Shown here: positions 8,823-17,406 of the stretch, piece by piece
How positions within the stretch are numbered: the stretch's first letter is position 1
How the letters are laid out: every line of letters starts with the position of its first letter
IMG/VR virus record: IMGVR_UViG_2651869749_000010
Location: 1-37,428 of that record
Strand: one strand, 5' to 3'
From: a virus
Taxonomy: Duplodnaviria; Heunggongvirae; Uroviricota; Caudoviricetes
DNA length: 37,428 bases
The notes under the pieces: model-generated
What the model was told of the DNA's origin: nothing
Seen by the model: only the letters and a program-made list of their open reading frames with translations
The model's database searches: none
Position numbers and translations under genes: made by a program

Positions 8823-9091
8823 TATGGCAACTTTGACAAAAAAAGAACAAGCATGGTTGAGCGAATTACAGGACGTTCTTGATCGCTGCCCATCACCGAA
8901 AAAAATTGGTTTTTACACCATTGGCGATAAAAGCATTTACCTGTATGACCTGCGCCGCATGGATGAAATCATGGAGGCTCTTGATAATCGTTCGTCAATG
9001 GATTGGTGTGTTGCTGTCCATGATATGAATGCAGGGTTTGATGAAAAGATTTTGTTCCCCTCATCAGTTGAAAGCACAGCAGGATAAGGAC
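8811..9091 (+). repeat. 281-bp direct repeat, copy 1
   Basis: Identity by eye with 9497..9777; starts at AAAGGAGAGTGAT, ends at TAAGGAC. Confidence 0.85.
8824..9087 (+). CDS. Hypothetical small protein (87 aa), copy 1
   Basis: ATG 1 nt after upstream stop; identical second copy at 9510..9773. Confidence 0.6.
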   Translation: MATLTKKEQAWLSELQDVLDRCPSPKKIGFYTIGDKSIYLYDLRRMDEIMEALDNRSSMDWCVAVHDMNAGFDEKILFPSSVESTAG

Positions 9092-9097
9092 TAACAC

Positions 9098-9508
9098 ATG
9101 ACCACTATTACCAAAGAACGTATTGAATTGTTCATTAAAAATCCGCTTGAAAACGGGCTTACTCGTGACGAACAAATGGAACTGGCACGAATTGCACTGG
9201 CATCGCTGGAAGCAGAGGCAGTTATGTTCTGTATATCAGGACAAAATGTAGATTCAGAAGAACATGTATCAACCAGCAAAGCGGTTGTTGATGCCTGGGT
9301 TGAAGAATGGAATCAGGTTGACGGAAGTCCTGGCGAACCACTGTACAAAACTATGCCACTCTACTATCACGCTGCCTTGCCAGCGCCGGTAGTGCCGGAT
9401 GAAATGTATTGGCAGGATGCGCCAGTTGAAGGCAGCAGCAAAGCGGCTGCATACGCTACAGGCTGGAACGCCTGCCGCGCCGCTATGCTTCATGGGAAAG
9501 GAGAGTGA
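9098..9508 (+). CDS. Hypothetical protein (136 aa) bracketed by the duplicated 87-aa gene
   Basis: 136-aa ORF; stop followed 1 nt later by ATG of duplicate gene; no recognised domain. Confidence 0.55.
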   Translation: MTTITKERIELFIKNPLENGLTRDEQMELARIALASLEAEAVMFCISGQNVDSEEHVSTSKAVVDAWVEEWNQVDGSPGEPLYKTMPLYYHAALPAPVVPDEMYWQDAPVEGSSKAAAYATGWNACRAAMLHGKGE

Positions 9509-9777
9509 TATGGCAACTTTGACAAAAAAAGAACAAGCATGGTTGAGCGAATTACAGGACGTTCTTGATCGCTGCCCATCACCGAAAAAAATTGGTTTTT
9601 ACACCATTGGCGATAAAAGCATTTACCTGTATGACCTGCGCCGCATGGATGAAATCATGGAGGCTCTTGATAATCGTTCGTCAATGGATTGGTGTGTTGC
9701 TGTCCATGATATGAATGCAGGGTTTGATGAAAAGATTTTGTTCCCCTCATCAGTTGAAAGCACAGCAGGATAAGGAC
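9497..9777 (+). repeat. 281-bp direct repeat, copy 2
   Basis: Identity by eye with 8811..9091. Confidence 0.85.
9510..9773 (+). CDS. Hypothetical small protein (87 aa), copy 2 (identical to 8824..9087)
   Basis: ORF-track frame 9399..9773 contains the identical 87-aa sequence from ATG 9510; the N-terminal extension is the overlap with the upstream gene. Confidence 0.6.
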   Translation: MATLTKKEQAWLSELQDVLDRCPSPKKIGFYTIGDKSIYLYDLRRMDEIMEALDNRSSMDWCVAVHDMNAGFDEKILFPSSVESTAG

Positions 9778-9808
9778 CCAGCAAATATACACAACCTATA
9801 AAACACTA

Positions 9809-9833
9809 AAGCGCCTCAGGGGCGCTTTTTGTT
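9809..9833 (+). terminator. Rho-independent terminator closing the accessory operon
   Basis: GCGCC-tcag-GGGCGC hairpin followed by TTTTTGTTT. Confidence 0.6.
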
Positions 9834-9860
9834 TGCACAAAAGTGCACAAATTTGCACAA
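9834..9860 (+). repeat. Three TGCACAA direct repeats at exact 10-bp spacing
   Basis: tgcacaa at 9834, 9844, 9854 read directly. Confidence 0.6.
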
Positions 9861-10359
9861 TTTTTTTGAACGACTTTTTACCCTTCCGGCCCGCATGGCG
9901 GCTGGATCCGTCAAGGATCCGTGCGTGCACAAAAAAACGCGCTTTTTCTGCGCGCAGGTGACGGGGGAACAGCCCGCGTTTCAGGGGGTAAATAGCATTC
10001 CCTGAACGATGTCGCAGAGACACAACAGAATGGCCATATTTCTCACGCTGAGCATGAAAAAGGCGTGAGGGCTTTTGATTTGATGGGGTGAAAGGTAAGG
10101 CCGTCAAAATCGCACTGAGGCAGCGAGAACATACAGTCAACGCGGTGGAATTGCGTAAGAGTCTGACCGTCGATGGTGGCGATAAACTGGAAGGCGTCGT
10201 GAAATTATCTGATTGATACAGGAGCTGGAGAGCCGGGGCATAAATTTTTTATGCCCCGGCGAAGCAGCAGACAAGCGAAGCGCGTCAGCGATACGGCACC
10301 TTGCCGACCATACTTCATAAGTGCAAAATACGAGCAAAGAAATCAATGGAGGCTGTCTT

Positions 10360-10884
10360 ATGGTCATTAATTACAAGCAGTTAAGAGAAAAACGGGAGCA
10401 GGTAAAGGAGAGCTTTCGCCGCAATGAAGATCTGACCCCGCTTGTACGCCTTGCCCAGGGCATTGTTGATGCTTATGAAATCTCGCTGGAGCTGCCATCA
10501 CAGACCTGGACAGATAGCGACGGTAATCGCCAGCATTACGTTTCATGCGGACTGGAAGCAGCCGAAGGATTTCGCAGAATGCCTTTATCCCAGATCCCTG
10601 CCGCTACCCCCAAAGCATGGGGCAGCAATGATGAGCGAAAACTGACTTTTAGTATTGAAACGGTGGTTGACGACACACCTGGCGAAGTCGCGTTCGTACA
10701 CACTCCTGTTTCGATCGCAATGTATAACGATGAAATACAGGTTCGCGTTAATAATAATATCGTGCCACTTAAAGAAGGTAATTCACCCTACACCACCGTT
10801 TGTGAAGCCATTCAATATTACGTTCTCTCTGAAATTGATAATCTCAAGCCTGACGGCACCCAGAAAATGGTTCAACTCTGGTAA
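10360..10884 (+). CDS. Hypothetical protein convergent with the portal gene
   Basis: Frame 10321..10884; ATG at 10360; no recognised domain; overlaps portal 3' end by 41 bp on the opposite strand. Confidence 0.45.
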   Translation: MVINYKQLREKREQVKESFRRNEDLTPLVRLAQGIVDAYEISLELPSQTWTDSDGNRQHYVSCGLEAAEGFRRMPLSQIPAATPKAWGSNDERKLTFSIETVVDDTPGEVAFVHTPVSIAMYNDEIQVRVNNNIVPLKEGNSPYTTVCEAIQYYVLSEIDNLKPDGTQKMVQLW

Positions 10885-11944
10885 AAAGGACAGCCCCATC
10901 ACGGGGCTGTTTTTCATCAAGAAGAGCATAAGAGTTAAAACGGATCACCTCTTCGCCAAGCCAGTCATTGATGTGCTTCATAGCCTCCATGACGGGCATC
11001 AGCTCGTTAATTGCGTAAACCCGCGCTGCCTTCTCCACATCGCCAAACGCACTTTTTTCGCCCGGCATCGCCCCCATCAGTTGCGGCGGAACGCGGTGCG
11101 CAGCCAGCACATCATCACGGGATGCCGCCTTAACATTCATGAATTCATCTTTTGCGGTGATCTGCTGGAACGGCAAAATTTGCCCCCCCTCTTTGCCCCC
11201 GTTGGGCGCATGAATGAGCACGTTTTTAAACGCACCACCACCACGTGCCCCCTGTAGCGTTTCTTTCAGGGAGTCCATGCTTTCGCGGTTTACCTGCGCT
11301 GCACCGATGTAGATGATGCACCCGGCGTGGGATCCGTTGTCGTAGTACAGTTTTCTGAACATGTCCGCCGAATGAGAAAGGCTGGCCGAGAGTAATGCGC
11401 CAAGATATTCCGGCATGCCGTAGATTTCCTGGTTAATATCCGGATTCATCAGGTGGCACACTTTGCCAGGACGAAACTGAAACGCGTCCTTGCCATCCTG
11501 CACATACCACCATGATTCAAGATCGCTTCCGCGTCGCATGTATTTCGCCAGGGCGTGCCGTAATTTAAGCGGTTCGCCGAGCATATTGCTTCGAAGCTCA
11601 AGGAATGCGTTACCGAACACAAACCAGTCCAGCGCCAGCGCCGAGAAATCCTGCCGGGAAAGCAGCGGGTGCGGGATGTAGCAACCGAGTAATACATTGC
11701 GCTTAAAGTAAAGCGCAGACTGATGCCAGGACGTTTGCCGGGCAGCTCTTGCCAGACCGTACCAGTCCACCGGGGTTTCATACCACCGCCCGTTATCAGC
11801 ACAGTACATATTGTCCAGCAGGTCATGCCCGGTCAGGCGATAAGGACCATCAAATGTGAATGCACTGAGCGATGATTCTTTCCTGAGCGCATCAGCGAGA
11901 TCAATGCGTGAACTCATGCGCACTTTTTTATTTTTTCTGCTCAT
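10844..11944 (-). CDS. Q: Portal protein (P2 gpQ-like)
   Basis: 366-aa ORF directly downstream of and overlapping the large terminase gene; size and position as in P2. Confidence 0.8.
   Translation of the reverse strand: MSRKNKKVRMSSRIDLADALRKESSLSAFTFDGPYRLTGHDLLDNMYCADNGRWYETPVDWYGLARAARQTSWHQSALYFKRNVLLGCYIPHPLLSRQDFSALALDWFVFGNAFLELRSNMLGEPLKLRHALAKYMRRGSDLESWWYVQDGKDAFQFRPGKVCHLMNPDINQEIYGMPEYLGALLSASLSHSADMFRKLYYDNGSHAGCIIYIGAAQVNRESMDSLKETLQGARGGGAFKNVLIHAPNGGKEGGQILPFQQITAKDEFMNVKAASRDDVLAAHRVPPQLMGAMPGEKSAFGDVEKAARVYAINELMPVMEAMKHINDWLGEEVIRFNSYALLDEKQPRDGAVLFTRVEPFSGCRQA
10889..10915. terminator. Bidirectional hairpin terminator between convergent genes (lies inside the portal 3' coding end)
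   Basis: CAGCCCC-atca-GGGGCTG stem with T-run on both strands (tttttcatc on plus; cctttttac on minus). Confidence 0.45.
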
Positions 11945-13695
11945 CAGAACTCCATAACTGTGAAACGCTCGTTTTCTCCTTCGCCGCCAATTGGTTCGTT
12001 AATGACAGCAAGCATGGTTGCCCACGCAAGGTCGCCGTGGCTGATCCCCCTCGCGCGGTCCGTTTCGTAAGTGATAAAGCCGCCCGGTGTTTTCACCTTA
12101 CGCACGGCGTTAAAGGCTGCGACCAGCTCGCGTTCGGCGCGATCGTATTCCCACCGCCCGGCACGCATTATTTGCAGCATTTTCAGTACCAGCGACCGTT
12201 TTGATGACAGCGTGAAGGTGTACGGAATAGCAGCAGGGAAAAACCGTTTCACTATCTGATAAACAGCCTCCCCGTTCCCGCCCGTCACATCAATGCCGAT
12301 GTGTTCCACGTTGTAGCGACACGTGAACTCTTCAATGACTCTGGCCTGTTCTTCAAACTCCAGCCCCTGAACGCGTCGCGTCTCCACCGTTCGAAAACGG
12401 CCACCAGGAACAGACGGAGGAACCACCACGGACACAGCGCCGCTGTCGCCGTTGCCACTGCTGCCGTTTGCGTCATACCCAATCCATACCGGACGATTCC
12501 CCATCGGGCGGGGAGCAAAAGGTTTCCAGTCTTTCCAGTCGTCGTATCCGTCAACACCACAGCCAATCAGGATATTCAGGTTAAATGCCGATTCCCCTTC
12601 GCGGACAAACTCACACATATAGAGATTGAGGAACTCGTCTTCGGTGTTTTCATCACGAATTTCATCAATATCGGTGTGTTTCCAGCCGTGATTAACCACA
12701 TCTTCCAGCGTGACAATTTGCCGCCACGTCCGGTCAGGGCAGATAAGCCCGTTATGCAGCGTTTTCCAGTCCACAGAAAAACGCTGGCGTTTATGCGTGG
12801 CCTTTTTCTCGTTCCAGCGGTCGCCGTTCCAGTAGGCGTATGCCTCGTGCGTTTCGGTGGATGGCGTGGAGAAGTAGGTGCGCCGCAGTCCGCTGAGGGT
12901 TGCCATAGCGCCAGCCACCTTGCGCAGTTCAGCAAAGCGACTGACCCAGAAAAATTCATCAAAATAAAAATTGCCCGTATAGGACTGCGCCGACGCAGCA
13001 GAAGTGCCGAGAAAATGCAGCTCTGCGCCGTTGGAGAGGATGATTTTATCGCCCCCTTTCAGCTCCACATCAACTTCAGCCGCGGCCTTCTGAATAATGC
13101 TTTTAAACTGGAACGCCTGACGACGCGACGCAGACAAAAAAATCTGGTTACGCTGGTAAGGTTGCGCCACATCGTCACGCAGCGCCATCAGCAGTGCTTC
13201 CTGTGCAAAATACCAGGTCGCGCCAATCTGTCGGGATTTCAGGATCATCCTGTTACGTATCCCGGCTTCCCTGCAAAGGGTCAGGGAGTCAAACCAGCCC
13301 CGCTGATGCCACTCCAGCCTGCTGATGATTTTTTCCCGCAGTGCGACAATCTGTTCCGGCGTGAAATGATTTTTGAGTTTTTTCGCCCGGCCTTTCTTTC
13401 CTGTGGCCGTCGCATCCGGCTGGCCATCATGCATTTTTTTAAGCTGCCGGGTCAGCAGGTCTATTTCCTTAAAGTCACCGCCTGTTTTATTCTGTTTTTC
13501 AGTAAGCTGGATGAGGCGCGCATCGATGGACTGCGTGACACGCTGCACGGGTGGCGTTTCATCCCACTGGTCGCGTTTTTTCCACGCATAAATCGTGTTC
13601 GGGTTTATTCCCATCAGACGTGATATTTCTGCGGGCGGATAACCCTGCCAGTAAAGTTGCCGCGCACGCTGGCGCACAAAAGCGTCCTGAATCAT
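11944..13695 (-). CDS. P: Terminase large (ATPase) subunit (P2 gpP-like)
   Basis: 583-aa ORF, size and position as P2 gpP; divergent from scaffold gene. Confidence 0.85.
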   Translation of the reverse strand: MIQDAFVRQRARQLYWQGYPPAEISRLMGINPNTIYAWKKRDQWDETPPVQRVTQSIDARLIQLTEKQNKTGGDFKEIDLLTRQLKKMHDGQPDATATGKKGRAKKLKNHFTPEQIVALREKIISRLEWHQRGWFDSLTLCREAGIRNRMILKSRQIGATWYFAQEALLMALRDDVAQPYQRNQIFLSASRRQAFQFKSIIQKAAAEVDVELKGGDKIILSNGAELHFLGTSAASAQSYTGNFYFDEFFWVSRFAELRKVAGAMATLSGLRRTYFSTPSTETHEAYAYWNGDRWNEKKATHKRQRFSVDWKTLHNGLICPDRTWRQIVTLEDVVNHGWKHTDIDEIRDENTEDEFLNLYMCEFVREGESAFNLNILIGCGVDGYDDWKDWKPFAPRPMGNRPVWIGYDANGSSGNGDSGAVSVVVPPSVPGGRFRTVETRRVQGLEFEEQARVIEEFTCRYNVEHIGIDVTGGNGEAVYQIVKRFFPAAIPYTFTLSSKRSLVLKMLQIMRAGRWEYDRAERELVAAFNAVRKVKTPGGFITYETDRARGISHGDLAWATMLAVINEPIGGEGENERFTVMEF

Positions 13696-13849
13696 TGCTC
13701 CCCCTGAGTAATTACAGGAAGATTACCCGCGCGCGAAACCGTTCTCCTTACCCCCCTGTTCTGGCCGTTTTCTTACAACAAAAGCCCTTTGTATCAGCCT
13801 GTTACGCTTTGCCATCATGACTGAAGAACCAGTCAGAGGGGCAAAAACT
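13696..13849. promoter_or_regulatory. Divergent late promoter region (P_P / P_O equivalent)
   Basis: Intergenic region between divergent terminase and scaffold operons; no motif confirmed. Confidence 0.3.
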
Positions 13850-14686
13850 ATGGCTAATGAAAAAAAGACATCCCGCAAAAAGTTTCGCGTGGCTGTCTCC
13901 GGATCAACTGTTGATGGCCGCGAAATCAGCCCGGTACATCTGCGTGAAGCCGCCGAGAACTTCAACCCGGATGTTTACGCTGCCCGCGTGAACGTTGAGC
14001 ACTATCTCTCGCCATGCCCGTCAAGCGAATTTTCCGCAATGGGCGATGTCACCGCGCTGAGTACGGAAGATATTACGGAAGGCCCGCTGGCCGGACGTAC
14101 TGCGCTGTATGCAGAAATCGAACCGACCGAGCGCATGAAGCAGCTTGTCGCTGACGGCAAGAAAATCTATTCCAGTATCGAACTGCACCCGCAGTTCTCC
14201 GTTAACGGGCGCGCCTATCTGGTCGGGCTGGCGATGACCGACACCCCGGCAAGCCTGGGCACTGAGCGCCTGAAATTCACGGCACAGCAACGTCAGGCGG
14301 TGATGACGTTCAACAGTATCCAGGGTGAAGCGCCGCTTATCTCCGAAGCCATTGAGTCTGAAATCATCGAAATGGCAGAACAACGCCAGGAAGAAGGCAC
14401 CCAGTGGTTTAACCGCGTAATGGGGATTATTGGCCGTGGCCGCAAAGCGGATGACGCCAGTTTTTCCCGTATTCAGGAAGCGGTGGAAGGCGTCGCAACG
14501 TCACAGGCCGACATTATCGACCGTTTTAATGTGCTGGAAGCCCGCCATCAGCAGGACCGCCAGAAAATCACGTCACTGACCACAGAGCTGACAGCATTGA
14601 AGGAAAAACTGCGCACGCAGGACGGCGATCCGCAGAACCGCTTCACCGCAACGGGCGCAGCCTCCGACCAGCTGGCTGACTTCTGA
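13850..14686 (+). CDS. O: Capsid scaffolding protein (P2 gpO-like)
   Basis: Frame 13817..14686; start placed at ATG 13850 (MANEKKTSRKKFRVAVSGSTVDGREIS parallels recalled gpO N-terminus). Confidence 0.8.
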   Translation: MANEKKTSRKKFRVAVSGSTVDGREISPVHLREAAENFNPDVYAARVNVEHYLSPCPSSEFSAMGDVTALSTEDITEGPLAGRTALYAEIEPTERMKQLVADGKKIYSSIELHPQFSVNGRAYLVGLAMTDTPASLGTERLKFTAQQRQAVMTFNSIQGEAPLISEAIESEIIEMAEQRQEEGTQWFNRVMGIIGRGRKADDASFSRIQEAVEGVATSQADIIDRFNVLEARHQQDRQKITSLTTELTALKEKLRTQDGDPQNRFTATGAASDQLADF

Positions 14687-14709
14687 TAAGACAAAGGAGC
14701 AAATTTTTT

Positions 14710-15762
14710 ATGAATCTGGTGATGTCAGATATTACCCGCAACAAGCTGGGTTGCTATATGGCGAAGCAGGCGTCGCTTAACAATATCCCGGTATCTGCAC
14801 TGGTATCGCGATTTACCGTGGAACCCGCGGTGCAGCAGCGTTTTGAAAACGCCTCAAAGGAAAGTACCGAATTTACGAAAAGAATTAACGTGATCGGCGT
14901 GACCGACCAGAAAGGCGAAAAAATCCTCCTGGACACCACCGGGCCAATTGCGCGCACGAATAGCAGTTATGACGGCATCAAACGCCGTAACCCGAATAAC
15001 GTGATCGATATGAAGTCTCGTCAGTACCAGTGCGAACAGGTGAACTACGATACCTTTATTTCGTACCCACAGCTTGATACCTGGGCGGCCCACAGCGATT
15101 TTCAGTCCCGTATCAGTACACAGATCGCCCGGCAGGTAGCGCTTGATCGCATCATGATTGGCTTTAACGGCACATCCCACGCCTACGAGTCTGATTTTCA
15201 CACCAACAAGCTGCTTCAGGACGTTAACGTGGGCTGGCTGGAGCACATCAGAACCGATGCCAGCGAGCGCGTAATGAATGACGTGACGCTGACCTCCCGC
15301 AACATGGACAACACTGTGGCGCACGCGGGTAAGTATGCGAATGCCGATGCTCTGGTACAGGATGCGCGCTCATCCCTGCTGGATGAATGGCACAAGGAAG
15401 CTGACGACCTCGTGGTGATTATGGGGCGCAACCTGTTTAACTCGCTGCGTCTGCCCGTGCTGAACAGCATCAGCGGCCAGAATCCCAATGCGGAATTACT
15501 TGCCGGGCAGCTCATCCTGTCATCGCGCACCATTGGCGGGCTGGGCGTGTTCCTTGCGCCGTTCTTCCCGGATGCAACGATGCTTATCACCTCGTTCAAC
15601 AACCTGTCGATTTACTGGCAGAAAGGTTCAATGCGTCGCCTGATGAAAGACGAGCCGGAATACAACCGCATCGCCACCTACCAGTCCATCAATGACGCTT
15701 ATGTCGTTGAAGACTATGGCAAGTGCGCGATGGTCACTGGCCTGAAGTTCGCCGACAGCTAA
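14710..15762 (+). CDS. N: Major capsid protein (P2 gpN-like)
   Basis: 350-aa ORF with AGGAG RBS; segment SRFTVEPAVQQ...ESTEFTKRINVIGV...KGEKI parallels recalled gpN. Confidence 0.85.
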   Translation: MNLVMSDITRNKLGCYMAKQASLNNIPVSALVSRFTVEPAVQQRFENASKESTEFTKRINVIGVTDQKGEKILLDTTGPIARTNSSYDGIKRRNPNNVIDMKSRQYQCEQVNYDTFISYPQLDTWAAHSDFQSRISTQIARQVALDRIMIGFNGTSHAYESDFHTNKLLQDVNVGWLEHIRTDASERVMNDVTLTSRNMDNTVAHAGKYANADALVQDARSSLLDEWHKEADDLVVIMGRNLFNSLRLPVLNSISGQNPNAELLAGQLILSSRTIGGLGVFLAPFFPDATMLITSFNNLSIYWQKGSMRRLMKDEPEYNRIATYQSINDAYVVEDYGKCAMVTGLKFADS

Positions 15763-15771
15763 TCAACTCAC

Positions 15772-15790
15772 GGCGGGCATCATGCCCGCC
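15772..15790 (+). other. Stem-loop downstream of the capsid gene
   Basis: Palindrome GGCGGGCAT-c-ATGCCCGCC; no following T-run. Confidence 0.35.
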
Positions 15791-15807
15791 TGTAACGGAG
15801 AGAAAAA

Positions 15808-16608
15808 ATGATTACTCCTGCACAACAACACTGGCAGAACGTGATGGCACAGCGCGCAGGCCGGGCGAATGAAGGTGTGGACCACGCCGCGTGTACCGCG
15901 CATGAAGAGGTGCTGTATCGTCTGCGTCTGGCACAGGCCAGGCTAAAGGCCATACAGGCCAGAAGCGCGAAAGCCGCCATCAAAAAAGAGTTGTTGCCGG
16001 ACTTTTCCGGCTGGATTGAGGGAACGCTGGAGGCTGACGGCGGGCAACAGGACGAAGTAATTGCCACGCTGATGGTGTGGGCGATTGACTGCGGCGATCT
16101 TCCGCTGGCGCTGCGTATTGGTGCATATGTGGTCCGTCACAACCTCATCATGCCGGATAACTTTGGCCGTACTGCTGCCACGGTACTGACCGAAGAAATC
16201 TGCAACCCGGTACTGACGCAGGCCGGGACGGATGCCGACGCGGATTTATCCGCCTTTATCGAACCACTGGACACACTTTGGGAAATTGTCGCCAACCAGG
16301 ACATTCCGGACGAAGTGCGCGCCAAATTATGCAAGGCGTGTGCCTTTGCCCGTCGTGGCCTGACCGATGCAGACAACATGGCCTCATCACTGAAGCTGCT
16401 GCGCGAAGCGATGCACCTGAACCCGAACGCAGGTGTGAAACGCGAGATTGCAACCCTTTCCCGCGCCCTGAAAAAAGCCGATTCCGCAGCCGAACCAGAA
16501 GACGCCAGCGCACAGCAGGCGCAGGACGAAAGCAGCAAAAGTAAAAAGACAACGCGGAAGCCTGCAACACGAAAAACCACCGCGACGCAGAAGGCAAAGC
16601 GCGGTTAA
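15808..16608 (+). CDS. M: Terminase small/endonuclease subunit (P2 gpM-like)
   Basis: 266-aa ORF following capsid gene; position and size. Confidence 0.75.
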   Translation: MITPAQQHWQNVMAQRAGRANEGVDHAACTAHEEVLYRLRLAQARLKAIQARSAKAAIKKELLPDFSGWIEGTLEADGGQQDEVIATLMVWAIDCGDLPLALRIGAYVVRHNLIMPDNFGRTAATVLTEEICNPVLTQAGTDADADLSAFIEPLDTLWEIVANQDIPDEVRAKLCKACAFARRGLTDADNMASSLKLLREAMHLNPNAGVKREIATLSRALKKADSAAEPEDASAQQAQDESSKSKKTTRKPATRKTTATQKAKRG

Positions 16609-16622
16609 CGACTGACCCCGTC

Positions 16623-16694
16623 AGCGGGCGGCGTGCGCGGTGTTCCGGTTTGACTCCGTGACCGTTTACACCGCGCACCCACCGCCCGATTTTT
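16623..16694 (+). terminator. Long GC-rich hairpin with T-run after the small terminase gene
   Basis: gcgggcggcgtgcgcggtg ... caccgcgcacccaccgcccg followed by atttttt. Confidence 0.45.
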
Positions 16695-16709
16695 TCAGGA
16701 GTGAACCCC

Positions 16710-17204
16710 ATGAGTATGGTTGCCAGAACTAACCCCGGCCCCGCAGAGGACGACATCACCGATACCGATGATGGCGACACTCGCATTTCAGCGGGTGCAT
16801 TCTGGCCGGATATTGTGCTGCGTGAGCTGCGTCTGGCGGTACGACTGCCGGGCCGCGTGACCACCTCCCGCCTGCTGCATACCGCCACCGGGGCCATAGC
16901 ACACGTTACCCGCGAGCTGGAAGCATGGCAGCAGGAACAACAGGCGGCTGGCTATCAGACGCTGGCCGATGTTCCGGCCCCTGTAATTAACGGAGAAAGC
17001 GTCAATCTCTGGCACTGGCGCAATGCTGTTTATACCGCCACACGCGCCCTGATTCTGGAGCGTTACCGCGATGCGGACACAACGGACAAGGGCGACCGCC
17101 GGGCGGACGCACTGGATATACAGACATCGGATTTGTGGCGCGATGTGAGCTGGGCCATCTCTGACATTCTGGGACGACCGCGAATGTTTGCGGAGCTGTG
17201 CTGA
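16710..17204 (+). CDS. L: Head completion/stabilisation protein (P2 gpL-like)
   Basis: Frame 16701..17204, ATG 16710 with AGGAG RBS; position. Confidence 0.75.
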   Translation: MSMVARTNPGPAEDDITDTDDGDTRISAGAFWPDIVLRELRLAVRLPGRVTTSRLLHTATGAIAHVTRELEAWQQEQQAAGYQTLADVPAPVINGESVNLWHWRNAVYTATRALILERYRDADTTDKGDRRADALDIQTSDLWRDVSWAISDILGRPRMFAELC

Positions 17205-17404
17205 TGAAAGTGAAGGCACTGGAAGGCGACACCGTGGATTCGCTCTGTTTCCGGTACTACGGCACGACACAGGGCGTCACCGAAAAGGTGCTGGATGCCA
17301 ACCCCGGACTCTGTCAGCAGGTATTTCTGGACGCCGGGCAGGAAGTGGAGATGCCGGAGCCGGAGAAGAAGAAACGAGAAATGATTCAGTTGTGGGGGGA
17401 GTAG
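17204..17404 (+). CDS. X: Tail protein X (P2 gpX-like)
   Basis: 66-aa ORF from ATG 17204 (ATGA overlap with L); size and position as P2 X. Confidence 0.7.
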   Translation: MKVKALEGDTVDSLCFRYYGTTQGVTEKVLDANPGLCQQVFLDAGQEVEMPEPEKKKREMIQLWGE

Positions 17405-17406
17405 CA

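Noticed and set aside
9399-9773. 124-aa ORF suggesting a longer version of the duplicated small gene
   Set aside because: The N-terminal 37 codons are the out-of-frame overlap with the 136-aa gene; the ATG at 9510 reproduces the identical 87-aa protein with the same RBS context as copy 1.
9796-10367. Minus-strand ORFs 9796..10140 and 10137..10367 in the putative cos region
   Set aside because: No RBS, basic low-complexity translations, spanning terminator and repeat elements; more likely non-coding packaging region.
12071-13623. 440-aa plus-strand ORF and others antisense to the large terminase gene
   Set aside because: Fully overlapped by the conserved terminase ORF on the opposite strand; low-complexity translation.
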